From Sphyrna mokarran (Eukaryota): DNA of 64,000 nucleotides. Position 1 is the first letter of the stretch; each line of letters starts with the position of its first letter. The notes below the pieces were generated by a model. It was not told the DNA's origin. It saw nothing but the letters and a program-made list of their open reading frames with translations, and did not search any database. The stretch lies in the NCBI GenBank assembly GCA_024679065.1, contig JAGIQG010000016.1, forward strand, positions 9,300,001-9,364,000, read 5' to 3'. Below are positions 13,117 through 26,440 of the stretch, piece by piece. The position numbers and the translations under genes are program-made.

Positions 13117-13157
<41 letters not shown>
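13076..13157. repeat. (TA)n microsatellite, ~80 bp with a few interruptions
   Basis: Directly visible. Confidence 0.98.
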
Positions 13158-13159
<2 letters not shown>

Positions 13160-15134
13160 TGCCAGCATCCCAAACAAAGGTGTTCCGAGTTTGTTTTTTT
13201 CTCTCTAGTGACAACTCTGGATAATAACTAAATTAAAAATCAAATGCATATTTAGTGAACACGTTTTCTTTTAAACAAGTGGAGGCAGTGAATTGGTAAT
13301 TAGGAAAAAAGAACAAGAGGTTGTGAATATCAAAGGATATTGAAATGATTTAATGGAAACAAATTTGACCAGATTATTCGAGCCATGCTGATCGACAGCA
13401 AAAAGTCCGGAGAACAAGACTTGACAACAAGAACGCTTACGACAAATACACAAAATCTAACGAAAAAAAAATTACATCACGGTGAAAAGAACTGATTGCT
13501 TTAATGATTCAATGTTGGCGCCAATGAATGCTAATGCTGGCAATTACTAATCGTCTGTAATAGGTGTCATGGCGTGATTGGCGTGTTGCTCATTGGTGGG
13601 GGTGATATATCTACAGAAAGATTCGCCCGTTCTTTTGTCCTGAAGACCAAAATGCAGTCAATGACAGAACACATCGTGTTTGAGCCAGTATTGTGCAGCC
13701 TGATTGGTGTTTCCTATTTGTATGTGAAACGTCATCTGAGATCGAAATGTCAGAGTATTCCTGAAACCTCACGCTATCAAACCCAATATGTATTGATTTC
13801 GTGTGTAACAATAAAGCATGTGGCCGATCTTTTTTATAGTATCAGTGTGAACTGAGCTGTTACCAGTTGTATCCAAATATCCGAAAGGCTTACTTAATGC
13901 GCTTCTTAAATTATGCCTTCACATTCACGTTGCATTGTAGATTTAACCTCCAGTCAAAACATTTCATTTTTGAACGTTGTCTATGAATCGACTCCTCTGA
14001 GCTGCCCAATCTCTATGTTTGTCTGTCTCCAACCATCTTTTAAATACTTCAGTACTTGACTTGCAAGTTTTCGAAGCATTACTGTCAATGCTTCTTTTTT
14101 TTACATTTTTAAAGTAACATTTCTATGCTTTTCAATTGTCGTTTTATGTTGATTTTCACATTTGGCTGGCAACGTAGAATTAAACTTGCTCTTTTTTTTA
14201 CGTGAATGCAGAAAAAGGCCGGACCTCTTTGTCCTTCCCCAAGGCAGAAGTTTAATATTTATTAAGTGAAAGCCTTTCCGTTTTCTCCCGAGAATTAGGA
14301 ATGCTTCCATAGGTCTCAACAGTATGGTTAAATACCGCGTCAGTATGTATAACAAAAGTTACCCAAACTATTTTCAATGCCAGGCAGTAGTAGGAACTGC
14401 GCGAGATAGTCAGCATTATCTTTAATATAAAAATGGTGCGTCTATTGTTAATATGCAAATGAGAGACATTATGATCAGCCTTCACTTGTCATGGCACATT
14501 TGGGCGACAAATCTAAACACGGCGATGTTCCCTATGTCACTGAGGATAATCAGACCAAACACGAAACTGGTCAATTGTATCTGCAGCATTGTGACTGAAT
14601 ATTATCACCTCATGTGCTGTCAAACTGGCCTCATCAATGTTTTTGGCAGTTCTTCAATAGTGTCACGGGGGAAAGCGCGGCTGAGTGGTATGCTTGGTGG
14701 ACGAGGAATTCACTGATGCAGGAGCATCTGCCGGTGACCCTGGAATGCAGATGATGGGTTTTAATTCAGCAGAAAATCTAATGAAGACCTTAAAACCACT
14801 ATTAAGTGTCATTCGTTGACAAAATTCCCTTAAAGATATGTGCCATTTTACCAAATCTGGCCTAAATGACAATGCAGCCACAAAGAAATGTGGGTAACTC
14901 TCAAGTCGCTTTATCTTGTACAATTCTGAATGGATAACAAACACAGGCTCAGGAAAGGATGTCCATGAACTAAAAACTTATACAAAGCACAAACAGGATT
15001 TACAATGCACTTCATATGAAACAATGGTGCTTCGGTTGTTGTTGAAATTTTCTACAGCTGTGTATATGCGAGAATGAGACAGCTTGTTTGGAAAAGTACA
15101 CAACATCGCAAAGAAATGTGTACATTTTAATGCG

Positions 15135-15468
15135 GTTAGACAGGGTAGATCAGATTTGGAAATTCCACTACTATTTGTCAGAATTTGAAGATGAGAGATA
15201 ACCGTTTTGGAACAGAAATAAGGAGCAATTTCTTTGCTCAGAGAATGAATGCGTGGAATTTATGGACACAGAATGTACTTGAAGCCAAAGAGTTGATTGG
15301 CTTCAAGAAGAGATTAGATATAGCTTTGAGAGCGAAAATGATAAAGGGATATGTAGAGAAGGGGGCATCAGGATTTCGAATTTTGTCTTTAGCGATGTTG
15401 GTAATGAATTGGAGAAGATAACCAGACGTCAAAATGATCTATTGCTGCTTCTACTTCCTCTTGTTCCA
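15135..15468 (+). mobile_element. Old CR1 3' fragment
   Basis: ORF 15185: FGTEIRSNFFAQRMNAWN...FKKRLDIALRAKMIKGY (CR1 ORF2 C-terminus) followed by 3'UTR-like sequence. Confidence 0.78.
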
Positions 15469-15914
15469 GGCTTTCACTTAGCATCATTATGCATTTTTAC
15501 TAGACGTTTTTTTTTGGCTGAAGTTTTATTATTCTACATGTTGCCCAATGTTTGATACGTATTGTTTCAGCGAATACATCTTGTTCCCAAAACCTCTTTC
15601 TTTTTTTTCAACTGGTTACAGCGAAGAATTCTTTGATATTTTATTGATCGAATGTTTGATTAAACCCTCAAAATAACATTTATTTCGGAGGCTAGTTTGA
15701 GTCGTCTATCCAGACCCTGCAATATTATTTCTGGCGTTTGTTTTTACTGATGGATCAGATAATTACTCGCACTATGTGTTTCGACTTTGCATAATCTAGC
15801 TTTATTTTTGTCCCATCAAATCGTATTGTCAATCAATTCTATGGTCAAAATATACCCGGATTTGGCCATTGAACCTCAGTGATGTTGTGCTTGTACGCAA
15901 GACGGAAGCAATCA

Positions 15915-16215
15915 AAGGCAGCACAGTAAATCGCACCATGTCGGTTTGAATCCCGATTTGGTCACTGTTTATTTGAAATTTACATATTGTTTCTTGTCTG
16001 CATGGATTTCCTCAGTGCAATCTAATTTCTTCCCACAGTCCAACGATGTGCAAATTAGTTGGATGTGTCATGCTAAATTATTCCTTAGTGTTCAAGGGAA
16101 TAACCAGGGCAAATGCAGGGGTTAATGGGATCGGGCCTGTGATTGTTTGTCGTAGATGGAGATTCGATGGGCCGAATGTCCTCCGTCCAAACTGCAGAAT
16201 GTTATGATTCAATGA
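15915..16215 (+). mobile_element. HE1-like SINE
   Basis: GGCAGCACAGT head, GGTTTGAATCCCG B-box, CATGGATTTCCTC...TCCCACAGTCCAACGATGTGCA core, CR1-type tail GATGGGCCGAATGTCCTCC...TATGATTC. Confidence 0.75.
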
Positions 16216-17751
16216 TCTGAAAAGCAGGTACAAATCCAAAATTGATACTGAAAATTGATTTTACCTAGTGGCAAAATGAAGTGAACAACTGGCCAGAAAC
16301 AGTAATCACACTTCCGCCATGCTTAAGATATCGATACAAGAAAACCATTGCAGCATCATATAGTTGAATAATTAGCGATGCTGTTGAGATCAGTGACGTG
16401 TTGCCGCTGCCCCATATTAGTGACACACTATAAGCTCAGAAACAGTTCCGAATATTAGCACGAACGGCAGTTCCAAACAAGAAAATACATTTGAAAAGAA
16501 CGGTTTTCTAGTAAGTTGAAAAGTTTATGGATGCCGTGCAGGCAAGGAAGTTCACTGCTAATTACACAAGTATAAAAAGTATTTCGGAATTGGTAATGAC
16601 ATGAGATACTATGACAAGGCATAGCAAACAAGAACAAAATACACTTTGAACTTAACCTACTGAACAGAAAAACATTAGGATTGTATGCAAAGTCATAAAA
16701 AGCCAGCATTTTGTAAAACATAGAATATTATTACTGGCATTAGCTCGTTTCAAGGGAAACACCTATCAAGATAAAGGCCATTATTGACTTTTTCTTTTGC
16801 TGTTCAAACTATAGTTCAGAAATAATCGAATTGTTGTTTTTCAGAGATAGCCATACGGCAACACCAGGAAAACAATGGAGTTCCTCCCTTCCAATTTCCG
16901 AATTGTAATGTTCATCAACATTTACTTTTTTAACGTTTCAAATGTTAATAGACAATTTAAGCTCATTCTTCAGACAAAAGATCAAAAATAGTATCCTCTT
17001 TTATTTTAGTTTTCATCTCTTCAATTGCATATTTCAAGAGGACATTATGAGTTTCAAAGTTCCAATATTTATGTAGGTTGAAGGAAATAACTGCTGGAAA
17101 AAATGACTATTCATGGAGCTTTGGTCTAATCACAGAAGAGAATAAAAACTTCTTATTTTGATGCAAAAATACTAAGTCACAAGGAATGTTGTAGAATAGA
17201 AAACATTTTAACACAGTGACGGTTGGCACCCGTAAGAATCAAAAGATAATTAAAGTGGTTTAATTATTTGCCGACTTGAATAAGATCCTAGGGGATCCTA
17301 GGGGAAGCGGTATCAGAAAACATTTTGAAATATCCCCATATATTAAAATTGGGAAAATATTTAAATTAACGATGATAGAATCAGCATTGTGCACGAAAAC
17401 ACTTTTATTGCATTAGGATCAAAAGTGCATTTTGAAAACATGTTTAATTTAGCATGTATTGCTGTCATCTGATCAAAGCATGTTTCCCTTGTGAATGCGT
17501 CCATATAGTAGAATGTGTCAAGAACACAACGACGTGTGAAGAACGTAGATCGTTGGATATTTGTTGCACAATGACTACGGCTATTTTATTACATTTTTCA
17601 AGATGGAAAATGTAACTGAATGCACTCCAGGATTTGAGCACTACGTATTAATAAAATAACAGTGTTTGACACAAACATTACGCATTAACGTGTCAATAAT
17701 TTTGAAAAAAAAAGAATGTGAACAAAGCCATTTCAAAATGAATGGTATTAC

Positions 17752-17853
17752 CTGATAGCTACACATTCCAAGATTGACCACTATACAAAATTCCCATGTT
17801 TTCCAGATCAAAATCACACACTTTCAACTCCAGTCTTTTTGTGTCATCATATG
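17752..17853 (-). other. Candidate 102-nt phase-1 exon (AYDDTKRLELKVCDFDLENMGILYSGQSWNV*)
   Basis: Acceptor cttttttttcatatttag| and donor ATCAG|gtaata; length a multiple of 3; in-frame TAG ending 7 nt before the donor. Confidence 0.35.
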
Positions 17854-17981
17854 CTAAATATGAAAAAAAAGTAATAACTCCAATTCCTGAACAGATGGCA
17901 GAGTGAGAAAGAAATGTAACGACGCCTTCGCCAAACGATTGCACACCAAGGTATCATTAAGTTGTTTTTTGTTGTTGTTAC

Positions 17982-18002
17982 CTGCATTTGTCTTTGCAAG
18001 TT
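17982..18002 (-). other. Candidate 21-nt microexon (ELAKTNA, phase 1)
   Basis: Long pyrimidine tract tcttttcttgatgccttcttcttatgtttatttttcctgacag|AACTTGCAAAGACAAATGCAG|gtaaca; splices in frame over a 128-nt intron to 17853. Confidence 0.45.
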
Positions 18003-18241
18003 CTGTCAGGAAAAATAAACATAAGAAGAAGGCATCAAGAAAAGAGCAATATTCTGTCTGTCCACAACCTATGTTCTATGTTATGAAGTGGCTGATTCTA
18101 CATCCTGCTTTCAGCAGTTTTCCATTGCACACTTCTACCTCACTCTGTGTCCCCATCTGGGGAAAAAAAATCTGTAATTACCCACCAGTATTTCTTAGGG
18201 TTTGATCGAATCTTGCCATTGCTTCGTCTGAAAACAAGTAC

Positions 18242-18262
18242 CTGTCAGAATCTCCTTTTGAA
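18242..18262 (-). other. Candidate 21-nt microexon with non-canonical acceptor (VQKEILT, phase 1)
   Basis: attttcctttgcactgg|TTCAAAAGGAGATTCTGACAG|gtactt; GG instead of AG at the acceptor. Confidence 0.25.
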
Positions 18263-19899
18263 CCAGTGCAAAGGAAAATATTCAGTCAGACAAAGTAAAT
18301 ATCAGATTTTCCTTCAGAGGCCAAGCGACCAAATGGGTGTAGTATATAAAATATTGCTCAATGCAGAGCATTTTTCTACTTCTGCAACAGGTGGAATTGC
18401 TTCCCCCCCCCCCCCCCCCAATCCCCCGCAGTGTTTTTCCCCCGTTATCTCCACGAGATAACATTCTGGTATTCCTTCGGAATGAAATTCAATAATTTAT
18501 CCACAGTTTCGATAAACTCGTAATTATCTAATCTAAACTGGGCAACGTGAATTTCAGAATCATCTGTACTTACTGGCGCATTCTGTGTTATAAGAACTAA
18601 CACGCCTTTCTTTGTATTTTTTTTTTGTGTTTTTCCTATCTGCGTATCAGCTGAACCTTTACATTTGACGCACAGTCTGAGTTGTCCTTATATCTGGCCT
18701 TCTTATCAAATAATGCACCTCACTCAATCACCATTCGATTTAATAAGGCCGACTAAAACTTGATATGTTAAGCTTTATCTATCACTGGTAATACTGTCAA
18801 TATTTCATCCCCGCTTGTTACTTTTGCTCCAATAGTTTCATTACATTCTTTGACGCCTTTATCTGCATTCTTCTTAACTCGCCAGCCTTTGTCTAACGTT
18901 TGACACATTGAATAATAATGCCTCTCAGAAAGATGACTCAACGATTCTTCCAGGTTTAACATAAATTATCCTCTTTCCTCGTGACTGAAAAACGTATTTC
19001 TACTGGGCTGGACGGATCAAATAGAAACGTGTTTCTATTTCTATTTGATCCGTCAGACGAATGCTCAATTGCAAACCTAAAAATCACAGAATCATATCAT
19101 TTCTTCAAAAGAAATCTGCAGCCAATCTTGACTGGAAGTCCTCAGAATGTGCCGTTATTTGTGTTGCAACTGTTCAGTAGACGTGGTACAAAGCAATACT
19201 GGAATATCAATAACCTGTTTACTGAGGCTCAGAGTTTTTGGATTATTATCTTCCAGTATCACTGAACTTTTGACTTCATTACATTCTCGATTAAGCATGA
19301 GCAATTGAGTTCAATTCCAGATGTGAGATGTGAGTGACTACCATTTTTTAAGCCAGCACGTGATTGATTACAATTTAAATAAACGCTACAAAACTAACTC
19401 AGAGTAAATCAAGGGCAAAAAATCCCCCTGGCTGGGGGAATACTTACCGCGAAGGGCGATAATTGTGCTGATGGCAGTTCAGGCAAACCCGTTCCAAACA
19501 TTTACTAAAGGGTTTCCTCATTGAGATTCTGCAGACAAATCGCCTTTCGCTGCTTGATATTTTCCCACCCTGCCAACAAAAGTTTACGTGTACTATATTC
19601 TGCACTTTGTTGGACATTAAATCCGCCCATCTCAGGTAAAATGCAGCCTGTGTCTAATTGCAGCTAAGGCCTCGATAGTATCAAGTCTTGGGCTTTCAAT
19701 TCGCAAGTAAAAATCGAAACAGGTAAAAGCAGGCACGAGCTACTGATAACAATCAGATACCAAATGAATACGCCTTGGTATTATCATTACTAGATATTCT
19801 CCTATACAAATTCGACGCTCCACATTGACCATAAATATGATTGTGCTAACAATAGATATATGGATATTGCAAGAGCATATCAGAGATGAGGAAAGCAGT

Positions 19900-20400
19900 A
19901 AATCACACTTTACTTCCCATCAGCTACAGGGGACACGCCTGGAGTATGCTAAAATATGTCTCACTTCCCTGACATCATCATCTGGGACAAAAGCAATCTT
20001 TCTTTTTGTTCCCATTCCACAAAAATCAAATACGCCCTAAGCTGAGGAATCGTGGTGCAGGCGGTACCATCAAAAAAACGGCACTGTATGATTTCGCTAA
20101 GTCTCCTTTGATAACATCCCAACATCCGAATGGACAATGGAAGCAGATACTTGGGAACACTTCCTCATACAAGTTCGGCCGCCAGACTTTCATCATTCAC
20201 TCTTGGGAATACATAGCCGTTCCGTCAATACTAATACTTCAAAATCTAGTTATCCAACCCGTCAGCAATTTGTGTAGATGACCAGTTCAGTACCTGCCAT
20301 GTTCAAGATGACAATTCAGTGACAGTCTAAGGAAAACAACTGGTGAATTTTAAATTATGACACATCTATCGACGCCCATGCTATGTCATTAAATATATAT
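19900..20400 (+). mobile_element. 3' end of second LINE family (CR1/L2 group), decayed
   Basis: GGAACACTTCCTCATACAAGTTC...TTGGGAATACATAGCCGTTCC...GTTCAAGATGAC...CGACGCCCATGC; reverse-complement homologue of 23548-23950. Confidence 0.72.
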
Positions 20401-20889
20401 TAAAACAGATACTTCGGATATAGGAACTCTGTTTCCTTCATCAAGAAACATGTTTCAGATTGATATAATTCTTTCAAATACATGACTGAAGTTATCAGGT
20501 ATATGTGCCTATCTAAGTTGAACTGCGTTGGCAAGTACTCCATAGAAGTTCAAACATCATCAAACTGTCGTTGCTCTCACCCTGTGGGCGGGCCCAATTT
20601 TACTTACTTCTATTTGTAGGAGAATTGGCGTTTCACATTTTAATTATTCGATTATAGTCTCAATGGAATGAAAAAGCAGAGACCATCCTGTCTGGAATTT
20701 TTCTCCAAACGTACGGCCCGTGGACTGTATTTGCATTGGAGTCTCTTCATTGATGTTCCAAATTCGAATACCAACTCACTTTTTTTTCCCAATAGAATAA
20801 TGTTGTTTTCCGCATTGCTCCTTCGTTTCATTTGGCGTCAAAGACACGTTCCATTCCAAGTTTCACATCACCCCTCGTCTGCCACAATC

Positions 20890-21600
20890 AACATATGAAC
20901 ATAGCAAAACGAATGATGACTAATTAGTTGAGCATTTGTGTCCGATTCGTTGAGATAAAAGCTGGTGCATTTCATTAGCCTATGCTTTCTTTTCACCAGT
21001 ATCAGTAGATTCGCTAAGTTCCCAGAACGGCATTTAACACCATGCACTTTGACCAGAGCTGTTTAACTTGGTAGCTATTTTCACAGTCTTACCAAAAATG
21101 GGTGCTCAAAGTTCTCCTCCTTTCTGACGGAACTGTTTAGATTTATTGCATTCTACGACATATGGTTGAGGACTCAAATCATTTTGGGGCCATTCTTCCA
21201 AAATGCAGCTTATCCTTTTTTTTTAAATGTATCCGTTTGTACGCCAGTCCCCTTCATTCTTTGGATCCTGGCAACATCTGAACACTTCTCATAGCGCAGT
21301 CCTACCAATCCATGTATCAGGCTGATAAGACATCTCTATACTCCCTTCATCGCAACTGCGATATTAATCAGTTTCGAGCCCACTGTGGAACAAAATGCCA
21401 CGTTTGGTCTCACAGTGGTCTTACATAATTGCAGAAACTAGTTTACGAGAGCACCCAGGTCTCTGCATTTCACGTGTTGCAAACACAGCCATTTAGAGAA
21501 TAAATTATTTTCCTGCTTTTGACACAAAAATTGATAACCTCATATTTATTCATATTGATGTATACATATTGAGATATTTGGCGAACACTCAGTTATTTTT
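20890..21600 (-). mobile_element. Old CR1 3' fragment
   Basis: Decayed plus-strand signatures of a minus CR1 (CCCCTTCATTCTT, GGTCTCACAGTGGTCTTACATAATTGCAG, CACCCAGGTCTCTG, CCATTTAGAGAATAA, GATAACCTCATATTT). Confidence 0.58.
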
Positions 21601-23547
21601 TTCAACTCAACCAGAAGTTTTCTGTATCGCGATTAAAGTAAGGACAATGATGTACATCGTGCCCTCCACCCATTTTTTTTTCTCTCCTGATATTTTACAA
21701 CTAACATAATTGATTTTCTGACTCCGAAATTTGCAGAAGTATCAATGCATTGTTTTTTTTATTATTTTAAATTGTGTTGTTGAGGCTATGGGTTTAATTT
21801 CATCATTTTTGGTTCTTGTCTAAAAAAAAGCATGTAGACATTATATGAATCGCTTTCATTCGTGAGAGAAAAAATGTTAATTTATGTGCCTCTGAACAGC
21901 ATTAGAGAATATCACACGCACACAAACACGAAACAGTTAAATATATCTGTAAAGTAAGAAACATTCTTTCAGACAGTTAGCCAATCAAGACATATATGTA
22001 TAAATCAATTACAAGGCAAAATGACGGGGTATGGCACAAAACATATTGAATAAGGAATGATTATAGTGCAGCTTAAAAGGGAACATTTAAAGAAGGACTA
22101 GCGACCTCCTCAAACGTACACCAAAAAAGAAATACCTTCAACATGCCAACAAATAGGGATCTAGTCCGTAGAGCATCCCTGTTGCGTCTTAAAATCGATG
22201 ACAGGAAACAAAAATTACCATCATTAATGCACGTCTGTCATGATTTGCCGAAGGGTCCGTATTTCGGACGGGACATTTACATAATGTATTTTTTTTGTAC
22301 ACAGTTGAAACAAAAATATTTTGCTCATTATTAGAAAACTACCATATTATAATGGTGGCATATTCTTGGAGTAAAATTGAATATTTATTTTTGGCGTTTG
22401 GGTTTGTTTTGGATTCTAAAGTATGCACTTTAGAATCAGCAATGTGACATTGCCTTGTCATTTAAGAGTACGAAATTGTTTCTCCCGACTTATCGTGTTC
22501 TGTATTGTTATTTCGGAGAAGAGATGAATAAAGTACTCTTGATGGTGGAATTCGGTTAGTTAAAGGGCAATGACGATCGTTTGCATTAACATGTTGAGCG
22601 CTTCTGTCACTGAGAATTTCCAGTGAGTTGTTAATTTGCTCACTAGCACACATGACCCCAAGCACTCTGAGTGGAAAACTTTATCGCTTAGATTTTGACT
22701 GGAAACTATCCAATGTTTGATAGATTTTTTTTTAAATTGGCAGCATAATTGAATAAATTGCAGCATAATTTGTTTAGAAGTGCATAATAGAATTATTCAC
22801 TGCACAAACGCAGATAAATCCCTTCTTTGGGCACTAAATTGCTTAGTATTTAACGGAAGCGGAAATAACGTATATTAACAAATGCAGTTATGGCAATGAA
22901 AGCTACTGTTGAATATTTACTTCGTAGGAAGAACAAAAACAGATCTCCATCATTACTTTTACTCCTCCAGTCAACATGTTGAACACAATTGAACTTATCT
23001 CCGTGCGTAAACTTGGATGACAAATTGATCGTAGCGCAACTCAGATATAGGCACGAAAAATGATTTTCTTTAAATATTAACATCATCAGTCTTTTCTAGT
23101 TCAGTTGCACAATTTAAGGGAAAAAATGCATGCTACAAATACGAACAGAATCAATTAATTGCATCCCTGAACACATTATTGTCATTGTCGAGAGGAAGTG
23201 GCAATTCCTTTTTTTTTTAATACTCAAAAATATGCAACTTCCAGAAAATCGTGGAACTCAGCCAAAAGGCTCAATTTCCATTATCTAGTGAGCAGTAGAC
23301 GTTCGTGCATTGAACCTACTAAGAAGGTTTTGATCATGATAATAATGTTGGTTTGATTGGAACAAATTACTGATCTTTCAAAGAGTTATATATTACAGTA
23401 GCTCTTTTGTTTCGTGTTTGTAATTGGTAAAGTTCTGTTAATTTTCTTTACATGCGTGTTGACTACGTTATTAAGTATAGTTTATTTTAATCATACCTTT
23501 TGCGAAGTATTTCATGCTCATCCTTGTCAGTTTCAAGATGAAATAAA

Positions 23548-25720
23548 ATCATTCGTTAATGGGGTATGGGCGTCGTTGGCCATTTATTTATTGCCCATCC
23601 TCAGTTGCTATTGAGAAGTTGGTTATGAGCTGCCTTCTCAAATCTCTGCAGTCTATGTTCTGTGGACGGATAGTTAGAGAGGGAATTCCAGGAATTTGGC
23701 CCAGCGACGGCGACGAAACGGCGATATATTTTCAACTTAGAATGGCAATTAACTTCGAGAGGAACTTGCAGGTGATGGTATTTCTATTTGCCAGCTCTAC
23801 TTGTCCTCCTACCTGGAAGCGCTCGTGGATTTGGAAGATGTAATCTAAAACTATTTGTTGAATTGACCCATTGCATCTTGCAGATAGTGCACACTATTGT
23901 TAGCTAATCAAGCGATCTGTTTTGTCCTTAATGGTGTCAAGATTCTTTGCGTTTGTGGCTACACCCCTTTAAGCAAGTGTGGCGTATTCCATTACTCTCC
24001 GAAATTGTGCATTATCGATGGTGCATAGGTTCTGAAGATCAGGAAGTAAGCTACTCGCCAGTGTATTCCTAGACATTAACCAGTTCTTGCAGCTACAACA
24101 TTTATGTAGTTGTGCTTCTTGTCAATGGTAACTCCAACGAAGTTGACAATGTGGTATTCAGTGATGGTTACGCCATTGAATCTCAAGAAGTGCTGGTTAG
24201 GCTGTCTGTTATCGGTGATGGCCGTTGCCTGGCATTCGTGTGGCTCGAATGTTGTTTGCCACTTGTCAACCCAAGCCTGAATATTGTCCAGAACCTGGTG
24301 TATTTAAATGTGGACTGCTTCAGTATCTAAGGAATCGCAAATGGGGCTGAACATTTGGCAGTCATTGACTAACATCCCCACTTTTGACCTGATGGCGGAG
24401 AGAGGATACTGATGAAGCAGCTGCGGATGGTTGGTTCGAGTGATTCCAGCAGAGATGTCCTGGAGCTGAAATGACTGACTCTGCATAACCACATCTATCT
24501 TTCTATATACTAGCCGGGAGATTGCCCCCGATGCCCATTGATTCCAGTTTGGCTAGGGCTCATTGACGCAGCCTTGATGTCAAAGCTTTTCATTCTCACA
24601 TCACCTGTGGACTTCATCTATCTTGAGCGAATGCTTTAATGAGATCGGGAGCTGAGTAACCCTGGCGAAAGCCAACCTGGACTTGACTGAACAGGTTATT
24701 GTTGAGCAGGTGTTACTTGAAAGCACTGTTGATGACCCATTCCATCACTTTAACGATGATCAGTGTAGACTGATTTAGCGGCAATTGACTGGGGTTGATT
24801 TGTCCTGATTGTTTTGTATAGGCCATACCAGGCCAACTTCACATATTGTTGGGTAGATGCCAGTGCTCTAACTATGCTAAATGCTTCGCCCGGGAGCAGC
24901 AGGTTGTGCAGCGCAACTCCAGCAGCTCAAGCCTGGATATCCATGACGTGATGTGGATCTTCAGGAAAAGAAGAACTGTACTGTGGCTGAAATGTTATCG
25001 TGCTCCATTGTCTTTGCAATGCCCAGTTCCTCCACATGTTTCTTAATATCACGTGGAGTGAAACAAATTGTCTGGAGACTGGTACCTGGGATGCTGGGGA
25101 CCAGTGCAGGACCAGCCGAGTTGTATCATCCATTTGGCACTTCTGGCTGAAGATGGCTCCAAAACGTTAGCCTAGTCTTTTGCATAGATGTGCTTGGCCC
25201 TCACCATCATGAAGGATGTGAATATTTGTGGAGCCTCCTTCTCCAATGTGTTTTCTAATTGACCACCTCTGTTTCGAATGGATGTAGATGTATGTAGAGT
25301 TGATAGCTGTTCCTTTTTTTTTGTGGGATCACTTAGTTCCATCTATCACTTGTTTTGTGCAAGCATGCTGTCCTGCTTGGTATCCTCACCAGGTTGCGCG
25401 TGCTCTTAGGTATGCCTGTTGCTGCTCCTGACATTATTTGCTGCCCCCTTTAGGTGATTGATCCCTGGCTTGATGGTAATCATTGGGCGAAGGATATGCC
25501 CGACCGTGAGTTTGAAGATTGTGCTGGACTACAGTTCCTCTTTTGTTGAAGGTCCGGATCGTATCATGGATGTTCAGGCTTGAGCTGATTCATCATTTCG
25601 AGTCTGAGCCATTCAGCATGATGATAGTGTCACACAACACGATGGAGATTATGCCCAATATGAAGGCGGAATTTTGTCTCCAGAAGGACTGCCACTTTTC
25701 CGAGTACTGCCATGGGTAGA
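23548..25720 (-). mobile_element. Second LINE family (CR1/L2 group), ~2.2 kb decayed copy
   Basis: Common shark repeat end ATGGGCGTCGTTGGCCATTTATTTATTGCCCATCC; ORF 24304 carries IRSKVGMLVNDCQMFSPICDSLDTEAVH, a degenerate MFADDC RT motif. Confidence 0.85.
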
Positions 25721-26079
25721 TGTTTGTTTCTAGTTACAATTGTTGCAAACTATGTACCATGTGTCTCGATTTAAACATGTTCGCATTGAGCAGTAACTGA
25801 ACTATTAAAGATTCCTGTTACATTCTTTAGAAACTATTATTTTTCATCTTTGCCAAAGATTATTTACATCTTTACACACTCACGGTTGCAACAGTGGTTT
25901 AAGAAACACACTGGAATGAGTGATATGTTAAAACTGAATAAGCAACAAGAGTTTGCTAACGTGGTAAATGAAAGACATTTGAAACCAAAGTGTGTGCAAA
26001 TGCTTTGCAGTCTGATCAGAAACCGAATGTCAAAATGGGCCAAGATCTCTGAAAATTACATGTTTGTTTGGGTTTAGAT

Positions 26080-26440
26080 TACTCAAATATTCATTGAGAA
26101 GGGGCGGAAGAAGTTCCACTCTTAAGTGAAAAGGAACAATGCTAAGAGTCTTGTAGTCTGGAAGGAATAATGGCAGAAAAAGAAATGTAATCTGTTGAAT
26201 TTGGGACGGGGGACTTTGGAGACCAGGGAAGGATATCATGTTAATTAGGTTGGAAAATCTAGTGAAGAGTGCTAAAATGGTAATAGAAAAACAAGCTGTC
26301 TTGTACAGGAACATAGTTTACCTTGAGCAACAGTATAGCTGGATTACAGCTGTGAATGATGATTTCTGTGTTCAAAAATCCAGAGGTAAGGGAACAACGG
26401 TTTAGCTGAAAGTCGCATATCCTGGGATTTTCCCTGATTC
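26080..26440 (+). mobile_element. Possible CR1 endonuclease-region fragment
   Basis: Purine-rich decayed segment (AAATATTCATTGAGAAGGGGCGGAAG...TGGAGACCAGGGAAGGATATCATG) resembling the CR1 endonuclease N-terminal region. Confidence 0.35.

Noticed and set aside
17284-17304. GATCCTAGGG tandem duplication
   Set aside because: Single 10-bp slippage duplication with no wider structure.
19440-19600. U1 snRNA pseudogene (starts ATACTTACC)
   Set aside because: Similarity fades after about 20 nt, with no U1 stem-loops or Sm site; simpler as a minus-strand splice donor.
22850-23086. Ig C1-like end (GDKFNCVQH) plus hydrophobic tail
   Set aside because: CxVxH spacing is off, there is no upstream Cys/Trp core, and no fitting splice sites.
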